Positions 1-8,553 of a stretch of DNA of 57,168 nucleotides are shown here, in pieces (the first letter of the stretch is position 1; each line of letters opens with the position of its first letter). A program made the position numbers and the translations under genes. Below the pieces are notes generated by a model, which was not told where the DNA came from, did not search any database, and saw nothing but the letters and a program-made list of their open reading frames with translations. Source of the DNA: a virus (lineage: Duplodnaviria; Caudoviricetes). The stretch is taken from the IMG/VR virus record IMGVR_UViG_3300037262_000028, positions 1-57,168 of that record. The stretch is one strand, 5' to 3'.

Positions 1-59
1 TGCACAGATGTATGTGCATGGGACTGAGCGTAAAAGTCCTAATTTTATCAAAGAAGTTT
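1..59. repeat. Terminal direct repeat, copy 1 (circular assembly overlap)
   Basis: Bases 1-59 are identical to 57110-57168. Confidence 0.95.
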
Positions 60-123
60 ATTGTGAACGGCAAGATAAAATCCAAGCAGCCATTACCAAA
101 CTAACTAATCTGGAGAGTGGATC

Positions 124-883
124 ATGAGTGATCGAATAATTTGTTGGTTCTCGTGTGGTGCAGCCAGTGCAGTTGCAACAAAACTGACGCTTTCCGCATA
201 TCCAGCCGAAAAAATTACGATTGCCCGTTGCATCGTCAAGGAAGAGCACGAAGATAATGAGCGTTTCGCTCTTGATTGCGAAAAATGGTTTAATCATCCG
301 ATCACTAACTTGATAGATGTTGAGCATGGTGGATCAGTCTATGAAGTTATTAGACGAAGAAACTATATCAGTGGAGTGCTTGGCGCACCCTGCACGATGA
401 TTCTCAAAAAAAAGAGTCAGGGAAAATTTTCAGCGTCCGACTGATAAGCATGTTTTCGGATACACAAATGACGGAAATGATATCAAGCGATGGAATAATT
501 TTCTTGACGCAAATAATATTGATGCCGAAGCGCCATTGATTGACAGAGGGTTGACTCACGCTAATTGCCTGTCAATGATTGAGACTGCGGGGATACAGCT
601 GCCAGTCATGTATAAGCTTGGTTATCAGCACAATAATTGCATAGGCTGTGTAAAATCAAGCGGTGCAGGATACTGGAACAAAATACGCGACGATTTTCCA
701 GAGCAGTTTAATCGTATGGCAACGGAATCTCGAAGACTTGGTGTGAGAATGATTAAGGTGAAATCTGAAAGAATATTTCTTGATGAACTAAAACCGGGTA
801 CTGGGAAATACCAAGACGAACCGGAAATACAATGTGGTGCATTTTGCGAAATGGCAAACAAGGAAATGCTGGAGGGGAAATGA
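124..883 (+). pseudogene. PAPS-reductase / adenine-nucleotide alpha-hydrolase family protein split by a +1 frameshift at an A8 run (406-413)
   Basis: N-part has the WFSCGAASA PP-loop-like motif and APCT. Removing one A gives continuous LKKRVRENFQRPTDKHVFGYT... into ORF 536-883 (MYKLGYQHNNCIGCVK, CGAFCE). Confidence 0.8.
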
Positions 884-1083
884 GCTACAACGTAAATAAT
901 CCGCCGAAAAGTGAAAATATTAATTTCATCGGTAAGCGTGTAGGCGCAGCTAAATCAGCAGGAGTTAATTGGCGCACCGCAAAGGTCGATGGAGAATCAC
1001 GATTCCAGACGCAAGATTTTAATTTTAGTCGCTACAACTTTGAAGTTGAGCATGGCGTAATAACTAAACAATGGATGGGCTAA
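880..1083 (+). CDS. Hypothetical protein
   Basis: ATG 880 overlaps the upstream stop, preceded by GGAGGGG RBS. Confidence 0.6.
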   Translation: MSYNVNNPPKSENINFIGKRVGAAKSAGVNWRTAKVDGESRFQTQDFNFSRYNFEVEHGVITKQWMG

Positions 1084-1118
1084 TCGTGCCCCAACTATCA
1101 CCAACTAAAGGAGCTGAA

Positions 1119-1313
1119 ATGAACCAACAACAGAAACAGCAAATATTGGATGCGCTGCGGATTGGTGACCATAGCACAATAGCCCTGTACATGCAGGTTG
1201 ACACTAAAAGCGAAGAATTGGCATTAGTTAGAAATCAAACGCTGATTCACGCAGCCATCAAAGAACTAGAAGCAATGCCGACAGAAGTACAACCTAACGG
1301 AGAAGTGAAATGA
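1119..1313 (+). CDS. Hypothetical protein
   Basis: AAGGAG RBS before ATG 1119; ATGA-coupled to the next gene. Confidence 0.65.
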   Translation: MNQQQKQQILDALRIGDHSTIALYMQVDTKSEELALVRNQTLIHAAIKELEAMPTEVQPNGEVK

Positions 1314-2074
1314 AAATCGAAGCAATTAAATTACTATCAGGAACGCACGCAGATACAGCTACAACTGGTCACGGCTGTTTTATGAATGTCATCAGTTATC
1401 TTAATGGTGAAGCACAAATAACCGATAAATCAACCTGCGTTTGCCCTACGATCAGGCTAATAGCAATCTGGCTAAACGATTTTGCTGATGACGAACTGCG
1501 TCAGCGTATGGTGCCGTTTATTCTACGTGCATTCGGCTCTGCTACAGACAACAAAGTTGAGATGGAGCGTCGATTGAAAGCAGTTGTTAAGTATGCGGAA
1601 TTTAACGCGAGACTGGCAGCATATTTTGCCAAGTCCGCCGGGTACGCCGGGTACGCCGTCGAGTACGCCAAGTCCGCCGTCGGGTACGCCCAGTCCGCCG
1701 TCGGGTACGCCCAGTCCGCCGCCGAGTCCGCCGCCAAGTCCGCCCAGTACGCCGCCCAGTACGCCAAGTCCGCCGGGTACGCCGCCAAGTCCGCCCAGTA
1801 CGCCGCCCAGTACGCCGTCGAGTCCGCCGTCGAGTCCGCCGTCGGGTACGCCCAGTCCGCCGCCGAGTCCGCCGCCAAGTCCGCCGGGTACGCCGCCCAG
1901 TACGCCAAGTCCGCCGGGTACGCCGCCATGAAAGAAGCTAGCTTCCAAGCCGGGTTAGATTTCCTTGATGAAGTATGCCCACCACTGGAAGCATTGGATA
2001 AGGTTATTTTGAGCAGGGTTACGGAGTTGCAGAAGCTGAATGAAGCAATGCCAACTACGGAGGAAGTGAAATGA
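1310..2074 (+). CDS. Phage protein with a central Ala-rich repeat tract
   Basis: N-domain GCFMNVISYLNGE..TDK..CVCP..I.LND, then 100 codons of A(A/V)xY/S repeats; ATGA-coupled on both sides. Confidence 0.8.
   Translation: MKIEAIKLLSGTHADTATTGHGCFMNVISYLNGEAQITDKSTCVCPTIRLIAIWLNDFADDELRQRMVPFILRAFGSATDNKVEMERRLKAVVKYAEFNARLAAYFAKSAGYAGYAVEYAKSAVGYAQSAVGYAQSAAESAAKSAQYAAQYAKSAGYAAKSAQYAAQYAVESAVESAVGYAQSAAESAAKSAGYAAQYAKSAGYAAMKEASFQAGLDFLDEVCPPLEALDKVILSRVTELQKLNEAMPTTEEVK
1628..1927 (+). repeat. Coding minisatellite of 9-nt and 12-nt units
   Basis: 28 units of GCC[GYC]NRG-TMC built from only 8 codons; much higher GC than the flanks. Confidence 0.9.
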
Positions 2075-2298
2075 ACCGCACAGTCGAAATTTTTAGGTAT
2101 GAATGGATTGATCCAAAAACCTGCAAGGCTAAGCATCTGGTGCCTGATGGTAAGGCAGTATTCCACCGATTCGGCCAAGATTATGAAGAATTCGAATCTG
2201 GTGGTTGCATGTTCCCGATTGCTATTATCGAGCGTGATAATGGCAAGGTTGAGATTGTGCCTGCCAGTCAAATTAAGTTTATTAAGGAACAGCCATGA
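2071..2298 (+). CDS. Hypothetical phage protein
   Basis: FHRFGQDYEEFESG...AIIERDNGKVE motif common in small phage proteins; coupled start. Confidence 0.75.
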   Translation: MNRTVEIFRYEWIDPKTCKAKHLVPDGKAVFHRFGQDYEEFESGGCMFPIAIIERDNGKVEIVPASQIKFIKEQP

Positions 2299-2387
2299 AC
2301 CAAGCCGATATATTGAAGCTGGCAGAGATTAATCTGGATTCTGAATCAGAATCAGTCATTAAGCTATTACAGGAGAAATTGAAATGA
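2295..2387 (+). CDS. Small hypothetical protein (30 aa)
   Basis: AAGGAA RBS; ATGA overlaps at both ends. Confidence 0.5.
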   Translation: MNQADILKLAEINLDSESESVIKLLQEKLK

Positions 2388-2620
2388 CCAGAATAGTTGC
2401 TAAATTTCATGTCGGTGATCAGGTAACGCACATTAAAACTGGTCATGGCTACCGGATAGAAGTTGAACCGTCACAATGCTTTATCGAATCAACTGGCGAA
2501 CCAGCGTACGCTTATCGCAGTGCGGACGGGTTGTTGTGGATACGCGGACAAATTCAGATGGAAGATGGGCGGTTTAAGTTAAGCCCGATAAGTACCGCGC
2601 CCGGGCAGCGCACAGATTAA
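2384..2620 (+). CDS. DUF1653-like small SH3-fold protein
   Basis: H-x-K-TG-x-x-Y...E...AY......WIR....EDGRF pattern. Confidence 0.6.
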   Translation: MTRIVAKFHVGDQVTHIKTGHGYRIEVEPSQCFIESTGEPAYAYRSADGLLWIRGQIQMEDGRFKLSPISTAPGQRTD

Positions 2621-2631
2621 CTTAACCGCTA

Positions 2632-4056
2632 TCACTGCCCCAGCCCGGATAAAAACGCTTTGGTAAATCCCAGTGTGCCAGCCGTACCGACACTACCGTA
2701 ATTATTACAGGTGTCACTTGACGTGTTAGGTGACGCCTGGGTGGCACAATCAAAATCGCGCGAATAGGCCCAGGGGGTGATCCGGTTTAAGCCATTTGCA
2801 GTGAACCAGGTCGTTATTGTAGCCACATCGGCAATCGTAAGAAAGTCGATCGTACCTCCCACCCAGTCATTGCCGCCTATATACGGATTTACACCAAGAT
2901 TAGCGTAAGGGATTCCGTTGTAGTTATGCGCGTTCTGCATCTCCTGAATAACCGATAACCCCATCTCGCACACGCCGGCCGAAATAACGCACTGATTAGA
3001 TTGCTGTAAAAAATCGCCAGCCTGCAGCACAAATACGTAATTAGTAACCGGATAGACCGCCATAGCTTCCTGAATCCAGACAGCATACTGAGAGAAGCCG
3101 GTAGAGCATCCGACTGAACAGGCGTTGCCGCCAACCTGAAAACTCCATTGCAGACCTGGGTAAGTCGTCTGCGCGTAGTTCATCTCTTCGATAAGATTAA
3201 AGACGTCGTTTTGGGAATAGTTCGGCGTTGACGTGCCAAATACCCCCGATGTTATATTTAAACTGGCCGCTACATTATTCACCTTACCAACTAAATACGT
3301 CCCTGTTCCGCCTGTCCCAGTGCAGGATCCGCAGGCAGTCACCCCGTTTAGCTGGGAACCGCTCATCGCGATGATATAGTACACACCCACTGCCAGACCG
3401 TTATTATATATTTCCTGCCCCAGTGATACCGGCGTAGTGTCGGCGGTCACTGTCAGGATGTTACCCACACCTGTGCAGTCAGAATTACAAATAGTGCCCG
3501 TATAAGAACTGTTGACAATAGTCTGCCCTTCAATGTCAAAGTCAAAACCTAACAAATTAGGACTCACGAACGTATTCACGTAAGTCATGAACGCCGTATT
3601 ATTAGGGCTGGTGCCTGAATTACATTTAAAGGTGTGCCCTGCACCCCCGGCGGAGACAAAATAGGTTTTACCGTTTGCAATGAATGAGGGAATGTTGACA
3701 GCAGCAGCAACAGCAGCCGGAATATTAGGCTCGAAGATGGGCATCGGACAGGTTGTTGATGCCGGGTTGTTAACAGTGAATCCCCAGGTTAGCGTTTTAA
3801 GATCCGGTGGCATTGAGGACCAGACACTTTGCGCAAACTGCGTGGACACAGTTTGCGTAGTCAGCGATGTGATAATTGAATTAGGGTAGATCGCGTAGTG
3901 AGGGTCGTAAGGATAAAGGCCCCCTGACGCATTTGCCGCCGTATTGGACGTATAGGTGTAGTCGTCACTATACAACATGAAAGGGGCAAAAGTGACCTGC
4001 GCACTGGCAACGGAAAACATCAGCGCAAATAAAACAAAAGAAACTAATTTTTTCAT
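2632..4056 (-). CDS. Secreted GH18 (chitinase-like) glycoside hydrolase with an inserted beta module
   Basis: Signal peptide MKKLVSFVLFALMFSVASA; VSAGG strand; catalytic GFDFDIEG (DxDxE); late W-A-Y-S-R-D motif. Confidence 0.7.
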   Translation of the reverse strand: MKKLVSFVLFALMFSVASAQVTFAPFMLYSDDYTYTSNTAANASGGLYPYDPHYAIYPNSIITSLTTQTVSTQFAQSVWSSMPPDLKTLTWGFTVNNPASTTCPMPIFEPNIPAAVAAAVNIPSFIANGKTYFVSAGGAGHTFKCNSGTSPNNTAFMTYVNTFVSPNLLGFDFDIEGQTIVNSSYTGTICNSDCTGVGNILTVTADTTPVSLGQEIYNNGLAVGVYYIIAMSGSQLNGVTACGSCTGTGGTGTYLVGKVNNVAASLNITSGVFGTSTPNYSQNDVFNLIEEMNYAQTTYPGLQWSFQVGGNACSVGCSTGFSQYAVWIQEAMAVYPVTNYVFVLQAGDFLQQSNQCVISAGVCEMGLSVIQEMQNAHNYNGIPYANLGVNPYIGGNDWVGGTIDFLTIADVATITTWFTANGLNRITPWAYSRDFDCATQASPNTSSDTCNNYGSVGTAGTLGFTKAFLSGLGQ

Positions 4057-4716
4057 TTACTTCTCCGGATGGGCGCTAAATTTTAGCGTGCCCTGATAAT
4101 ACAGTTTAGATGAATGCCAGTGGGCAGGAAGAAAACGTAAAAAACCCGGCGGGTACCGGGTTATAAAAGTGTGCGGATAAGGCGGCCCGTAGGGGTATTC
4201 AGGTACCACTGGTACCAAATCGCCGAACCACTTTAGTTTTTTAAACACGTTACGAAACGATATACCCGGTATGTTTTTTTGCACCCAGCTGCAAAATTGT
4301 TTTTCACCCGCGTTAGGACAGGCGAACAGAATGCAGGACACTTCTTTAAAACCTGCCAGTATCAGTTCCGCTGCGCACAGTACGCCTTCACCTGCGCCTT
4401 TAGAGTGGCCGCTGACAACGATTTTAAAACCCGCAGGAATATCAGGTATCAGGAACTTTAAAATGGCGGGCAGATTCTCGTAGAAGCCACTGTGAACATT
4501 GCCAAACGTCGGGTGCCGGTAAGGTAGCACATCGAAGTCGGCAATCCAGCCGTGCAGATTGGCCGTGCCCTGAAAGCAAATGTGAAACACGCCATCAACG
4601 ATAGCGGTTCCACAGATGGTTTCACCAGCCTGATACAGCTTACTGAATGCGGCTTTATTAATCGGAAAGTAGATATACGTACAAGCCAATTTCGCCGCAT
4701 TAGTTAAATCGCTCAT
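4057..4716 (-). CDS. Lipase class 3 family alpha/beta hydrolase
   Basis: FQGT oxyanion region, VHSGF, nucleophile elbow SGHSKGAG, FACP, DLVPVVP and a distal His. Confidence 0.85.
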   Translation of the reverse strand: MSDLTNAAKLACTYIYFPINKAAFSKLYQAGETICGTAIVDGVFHICFQGTANLHGWIADFDVLPYRHPTFGNVHSGFYENLPAILKFLIPDIPAGFKIVVSGHSKGAGEGVLCAAELILAGFKEVSCILFACPNAGEKQFCSWVQKNIPGISFRNVFKKLKWFGDLVPVVPEYPYGPPYPHTFITRYPPGFLRFLPAHWHSSKLYYQGTLKFSAHPEK

Positions 4717-4717
4717 A

Positions 4718-5017
4718 TCACGCAGGCTGATGCTGTACTTCAGTTGCCGGTGTGTTGAGTGCTACCCACGCTGTATGCGTAGCCAGCACACCCTGGCCAA
4801 TGGTGGCGAATGTTGACGCCAGTTCAGCCTGCGTCATCAGCCCTGCAGCCTGAATTTGCTGCGCGGCCTGCAAAAACTGCAAAGCCAGCGGTGCCAGCGC
4901 CGCAGCGCTGGATACCGCAGGGTTTGCCGCGACTAAAGCTGGCGCTAAAGCAGTTAGTGTCGATACCAGCGTCGTTTCAATAGTTGACGCTGTACCTGGT
5001 TCGTTAGTTGAGTCCAT
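4718..5017 (-). CDS. Ala/Leu-rich hypothetical protein (lysis-associated)
   Basis: Likely start ATG 5017 in a TAATG overlap with the upstream stop; the longer track ORF overlaps the lipoprotein gene. Confidence 0.6.
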   Translation of the reverse strand: MDSTNEPGTASTIETTLVSTLTALAPALVAANPAVSSAAALAPLALQFLQAAQQIQAAGLMTQAELASTFATIGQGVLATHTAWVALNTPATEVQHQPA

Positions 5018-5334
5018 TATTTTGCTCCCTGTTGAACTGCAATTGTTGCTGCCAGTGTCGTTACAGCAGCGGTAATCTGCGCCGTCGCTGCGTCCGGACT
5101 CGCCGGTAGTGCTTTTCCCGTACATAGTGGTGTCACCTGGCTGTCCAGCGTGTTGATAGCGCTGATCTGAACTGCTGTCAGCTTGCCTGCGTCCCGTAAC
5201 TGTAAAATGGTGGCGAAACTGGTTTTGTAAGCCGTACATGCCTGAACGAAACCAACTTGCGCCGACTGAGTTGTTGCGCAGGCGGTTAAACCAAGGCACA
5301 ACATAACGGCCAAAAAACTGAATAACTTGCTCAT
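5017..5334 (-). CDS. Lipoprotein, possible spanin-like lysis protein
   Basis: Lipobox LGLTA-C after a hydrophobic leader; hydrophobic C-terminal helix; downstream of the endolysin. Confidence 0.65.
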   Translation of the reverse strand: MSKLFSFLAVMLCLGLTACATTQSAQVGFVQACTAYKTSFATILQLRDAGKLTAVQISAINTLDSQVTPLCTGKALPASPDAATAQITAAVTTLAATIAVQQGAK

Positions 5335-5546
5335 TTTGTATCCTCATTAAGTGGTGAAGCGGGGCTTTTAGATGAACCTAACGTATTAAAAATACCGAGG
5401 CCGGTTCCCGCCGCGGTTAAACCCATAACGACTAATGATCCGTCATACGTCGGATAAACAACTTTTAAATATTGAATGAACGCCAGACCGCCAATTACGC
5501 CGGCATAACTTAAAAATTTTAATACTGCCGCTAAGTTAGGATTCAT
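5331..5546 (-). CDS. Two-TM membrane protein (holin/antiholin-like)
   Basis: Two hydrophobic segments in 71 aa; coupled to the endolysin. Confidence 0.6.
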   Translation of the reverse strand: MNPNLAAVLKFLSYAGVIGGLAFIQYLKVVYPTYDGSLVVMGLTAAGTGLGIFNTLGSSKSPASPLNEDTK

Positions 5547-6040
5547 GATGTCACCGTATCGTACTGAGTTAAATTACGCGCGCTTATTTCGTCCGTCAGC
5601 ATCGTTGCGTAATTAGGGTTTGTCGAATAACCGGCTGCCGCAATCGCCTGAATAAAATCATTCACATTTGTTGTCTGAAACGCGGCTGCGTAACGTTGAT
5701 TAGTACGCAGAAAATTAGCGTGGTCCTGAATTGATGAAAGCCAGTCAGGATAGCTACGCCAGTTCGCCTGCACAATAATTTTTTTATATCCGCTTGCCGG
5801 ATTAGTTGGGTCAACCAAAACATCTTCGCCAGTAGGCATCGAAAACGTCGCGCCGGTCCAGCCTGAATCCGCCTTGATGCCAAACAGATTGTTAGCTTGC
5901 TGGGTTAGCTCACTGCCGCCCCAGCTCGATTCAAAAATAGCCTGAACGATGACAAAGGAAGGCCAGATGCCTGATGCTGCAAAACCAGATTGCGCAACCG
6001 GGGCTATAGTAGTAATAAAATCAGCCGGCGTCATAGTCAT
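5543..6040 (-). CDS. Endolysin, GH73 glucosaminidase/FlgJ-type muramidase
   Basis: QAIFESSWG, ANNLFGIKA, GYSTNPNYA motifs. Confidence 0.9.
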   Translation of the reverse strand: MTMTPADFITTIAPVAQSGFAASGIWPSFVIVQAIFESSWGGSELTQQANNLFGIKADSGWTGATFSMPTGEDVLVDPTNPASGYKKIIVQANWRSYPDWLSSIQDHANFLRTNQRYAAAFQTTNVNDFIQAIAAAGYSTNPNYATMLTDEISARNLTQYDTVTS

Positions 6041-6311
6041 CCTTATCTGTATGGGTTCTGTCTTCTAATAACCCTTCGCGTTTCTCCCGCAACCGGGTTA
6101 TTTTCAACTCGCTTATTTTTATTTTTAATACGACACACCCGATAAGACAACCCAGAAACAGAGATATCCAGCCCAGCGCATCCTGGCTGACGTGGTATGC
6201 AATTTCAAGGAACCCCATCAGTCCCGTCGATATGGCTGTCGTCGCCGCCGCCGTCGGGGTTTCCAGAATCTCTTTCACTTTCTCGGTGACTATCTGGGTA
6301 AGTATGTTCAT
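6021..6311 (-). CDS. Putative holin
   Basis: One or two TM segments, highly charged C-tail, immediately upstream of the endolysin. Confidence 0.6.
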   Translation of the reverse strand: MNILTQIVTEKVKEILETPTAAATTAISTGLMGFLEIAYHVSQDALGWISLFLGCLIGCVVLKIKISELKITRLREKREGLLEDRTHTDKDDYDAG

Positions 6312-6724
6312 TATGAAATTCTTTCACTAAATAAATGGACCAGATTATAATCGCGAGAAAATACAACCCAACGAGGATATCGCTTAAAGTCGCCATCTGT
6401 TTTTCTTATTAAAAGTAGTCTTAGATAAGTTAATGCGACAATACCGGTGATAGCGTCGTGGTAAAAATAAGGGTAAGCGGGCCATTTTAAAACAAACCAG
6501 GCCACAATTTGAATGCCCATCTGAGCCAGGGCCAAAAGAGAAATATCTTTCATTAACTTAGTCGGCTTCGTTTTAATTAAAAACAGCAGCGCCAGTAAAT
6601 TGAAATTAACACATACAAATAAATAAGCCTCATTCGTTGGAATGAGGCTTAAAATGTGATGCGAAAAGCAGTCAGCCCAAAGCAAAATAAAAAAGGCTGT
6701 TATCCGCGACTGTAGCCCGCGCAC
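6311..6724 (-). CDS. Four-TM integral membrane protein
   Basis: Four hydrophobic stretches; TAATG-coupled to the holin candidate. Confidence 0.65.
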   Translation of the reverse strand: MRGLQSRITAFFILLWADCFSHHILSLIPTNEAYLFVCVNFNLLALLFLIKTKPTKLMKDISLLALAQMGIQIVAWFVLKWPAYPYFYHDAITGIVALTYLRLLLIRKTDGDFKRYPRWVVFSRDYNLVHLFSERIS

Positions 6725-6726
6725 GA

Positions 6727-6939
6727 TTAGCCTTTAGGTGGTTCTGGTAAATTGCCGCCAACATCAGGCGTCACTTCGGGCGCTGTTTCAGGTGCCGCTT
6801 CGGGTTGGGTACCAGCGGCTTCAGGTGCAGCGCTGTCTGCACTGTCAGCTTTAAAAAAATTGCCAACTATTTGCTCGACGTCAGTAAGCAGTTTTTCTGC
6901 GTCAGCCTTCAGGTCGCTTTGTGGTTCTGTGTTATCCAT
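6727..6939 (-). CDS. Small acidic, Pro/Ala-rich hypothetical protein
   Basis: Same strand as the late operon, GGAAAG RBS. Confidence 0.55.
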   Translation of the reverse strand: MDNTEPQSDLKADAEKLLTDVEQIVGNFFKADSADSAAPEAAGTQPEAAPETAPEVTPDVGGNLPEPPKG

Positions 6940-6986
6940 GATGCTTTCCGTATAAAAGTTTATGCTGCTAAAGACCGTATTTTACT

Positions 6987-7580
6987 TCACCAGTTAATAG
7001 CTTGTACAGCAGCAATTGACGATGCCCTGAATATGGCCGCTTTTTGTGTTTGCTTATGGACGAATAAAGGCTGTGTGCGCAAAAATATAGCGCTTGCCAG
7101 CCCTTGCAGTTGTGAGAAAGTCATCGGTACGGCATTGTCTTTTGTATCATACCAGGCAAACCCGGGCGGGGCATTGCCCATTGCAGCAGCGACGGCGTTA
7201 TTCAATGTAGTCAACGATGTCTGATCTGCGTTAAACGTTGTACCCATATACTCTACAGGCTCGTTAATTGCAGCCAGATAAGCGGCTGTGATAAGTGCTG
7301 TCTGGTTTTCTTGCGCCTGTTTAATCAGCACGTCTTCACTTGGTGCTGTGGTGGTGAGCACGGCGTAAACCGCAACCTGTTCCCCTTCCACTTCGGTAAA
7401 AGGTGAAGTGGGCGCGGTGAAACTGTACGATGAACCGTGCGGCAGATTAACCGCAGTCATGTGGTCAGCATCAGATACCAAAAAAGCATCCGCCGGTGCA
7501 TTGACATCTGTCGCGAAATAAAAACCTTTGTTTGGTACCGTTGTGTTGGCATGCGCCGAAGGGGAGTAAAGCACGTTCAT
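6987..7580 (-). CDS. Tail fibre assembly protein (DUF4376-like)
   Basis: Follows the fibres; FNAD..S and W...DN..VPMT...LQGL motifs. Confidence 0.75.
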   Translation of the reverse strand: MNVLYSPSAHANTTVPNKGFYFATDVNAPADAFLVSDADHMTAVNLPHGSSYSFTAPTSPFTEVEGEQVAVYAVLTTTAPSEDVLIKQAQENQTALITAAYLAAINEPVEYMGTTFNADQTSLTTLNNAVAAAMGNAPPGFAWYDTKDNAVPMTFSQLQGLASAIFLRTQPLFVHKQTQKAAIFRASSIAAVQAINW

Positions 7581-7593
7581 GGTAGTCCTTTAA

Positions 7594-8538
7594 TTAATGG
7601 CCGATAGTAATATAAGTTGCGGCAACGGTTCCGGAAGCCGCATAAATCGTGGCCCCCGTTGTTGTCGGTACTGAAGATGACAAGGCCGCGACGGTAGCGC
7701 CGTTCTGCGCTGCCGGCGTACAGGTGTAAGCGCCGGTTGGAAAGGTAATCGCAAAAGTCACGGCGACACCTGCCGTGGTTGCTGACACGGTTCCCCACTG
7801 TATAATCAGTCCGCTAGGCAGCTTAGCGTAGCCTGATGTGCCCAGCGACGCACCGGGGTTAGCAAACGCCGTGGTGGCCAGCGTCGTGTTGCTGGTGTTC
7901 GTCGCTTGCGTTGCGCCTAGCTGGTTATAAATAACCCAGTTGGCCGCTGCTGCCGCTGTAATCGTTTCGCTCCCGACCGTCATCGAGTTTTGCAGGTTAT
8001 ACGTCCCTGTCCCGCCTGATCCTGTACCAAAACTGACAATCTGTGTGCCGGTCGTCACACCCGTACCTGACAAAATGTGACCTAAAACCAGCGTACCTGA
8101 ACCAACAGCGGTCACATTTAAAACTGTACCGGTAATTGTGCCGGTAACAGAGGCTGCTGCCGCATCAGGATTAGAAAAGTTATTATCGGCTGTCGATTTC
8201 CAGAATGTTGTTCCGGCTGCGTTACCTAATACGGCGCCTGATGCATAGCCGCCCACAAACTGGCAAAACGCGGCGTTATAGCTTGAGGTGAAACCCGCCT
8301 GCAGCCACTGTATAGCTGACGTTATTTCGTTTAGCAGCCCGTTAAAATCCTGACCGAAAGGAGGGACCCCGCCGTTAGATACCGATACGAAAGTGAGCGG
8401 GGGAAAACCGTCAGTTAATGATGCCGCCCCTGGTGTTACGTTAATCTGCGAAGCAGTCGGTATGGGCCTTGTGTAAGAACCTCCGGCGGCATTCGCAAAA
8501 GGTATCGGAAAAGGGGTTGGTGCGTTAGAAGCTTGCAT
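7594..8538 (-). CDS. Tail fibre protein 2
   Basis: N-terminal baseplate-binding region ([25 protein letters not shown], GGYxxGA); C-terminal [14 protein letters not shown] domain. Confidence 0.85.
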   Translation of the reverse strand: MQASNAPTPFPIPFANAAGGSYTRPIPTASQINVTPGAASLTDGFPPLTFVSVSNGGVPPFGQDFNGLLNEITSAIQWLQAGFTSSYNAAFCQFVGGYASGAVLGNAAGTTFWKSTADNNFSNPDAAAASVTGTITGTVLNVTAVGSGTLVLGHILSGTGVTTGTQIVSFGTGSGGTGTYNLQNSMTVGSETITAAAAANWVIYNQLGATQATNTSNTTLATTAFANPGASLGTSGYAKLPSGLIIQWGTVSATTAGVAVTFAITFPTGAYTCTPAAQNGATVAALSSSVPTTTGATIYAASGTVAATYITIGH

Positions 8539-8553
8539 GCGTTACCTTTTTAA

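Noticed and set aside
1-59. Biological terminal repeat of the virion DNA
   Set aside because: It falls mid-gene and its length fits an assembler k-mer overlap; real ends more plausibly lie in 42.2-43.5 kb or are permuted.
1501-2271. Gly-rich, Pro-rich and antisense ORFs over the minisatellite
   Set aside because: Shadow frames of the repeat; only 1310-2074 has coupled start/stop and non-repeat domains.
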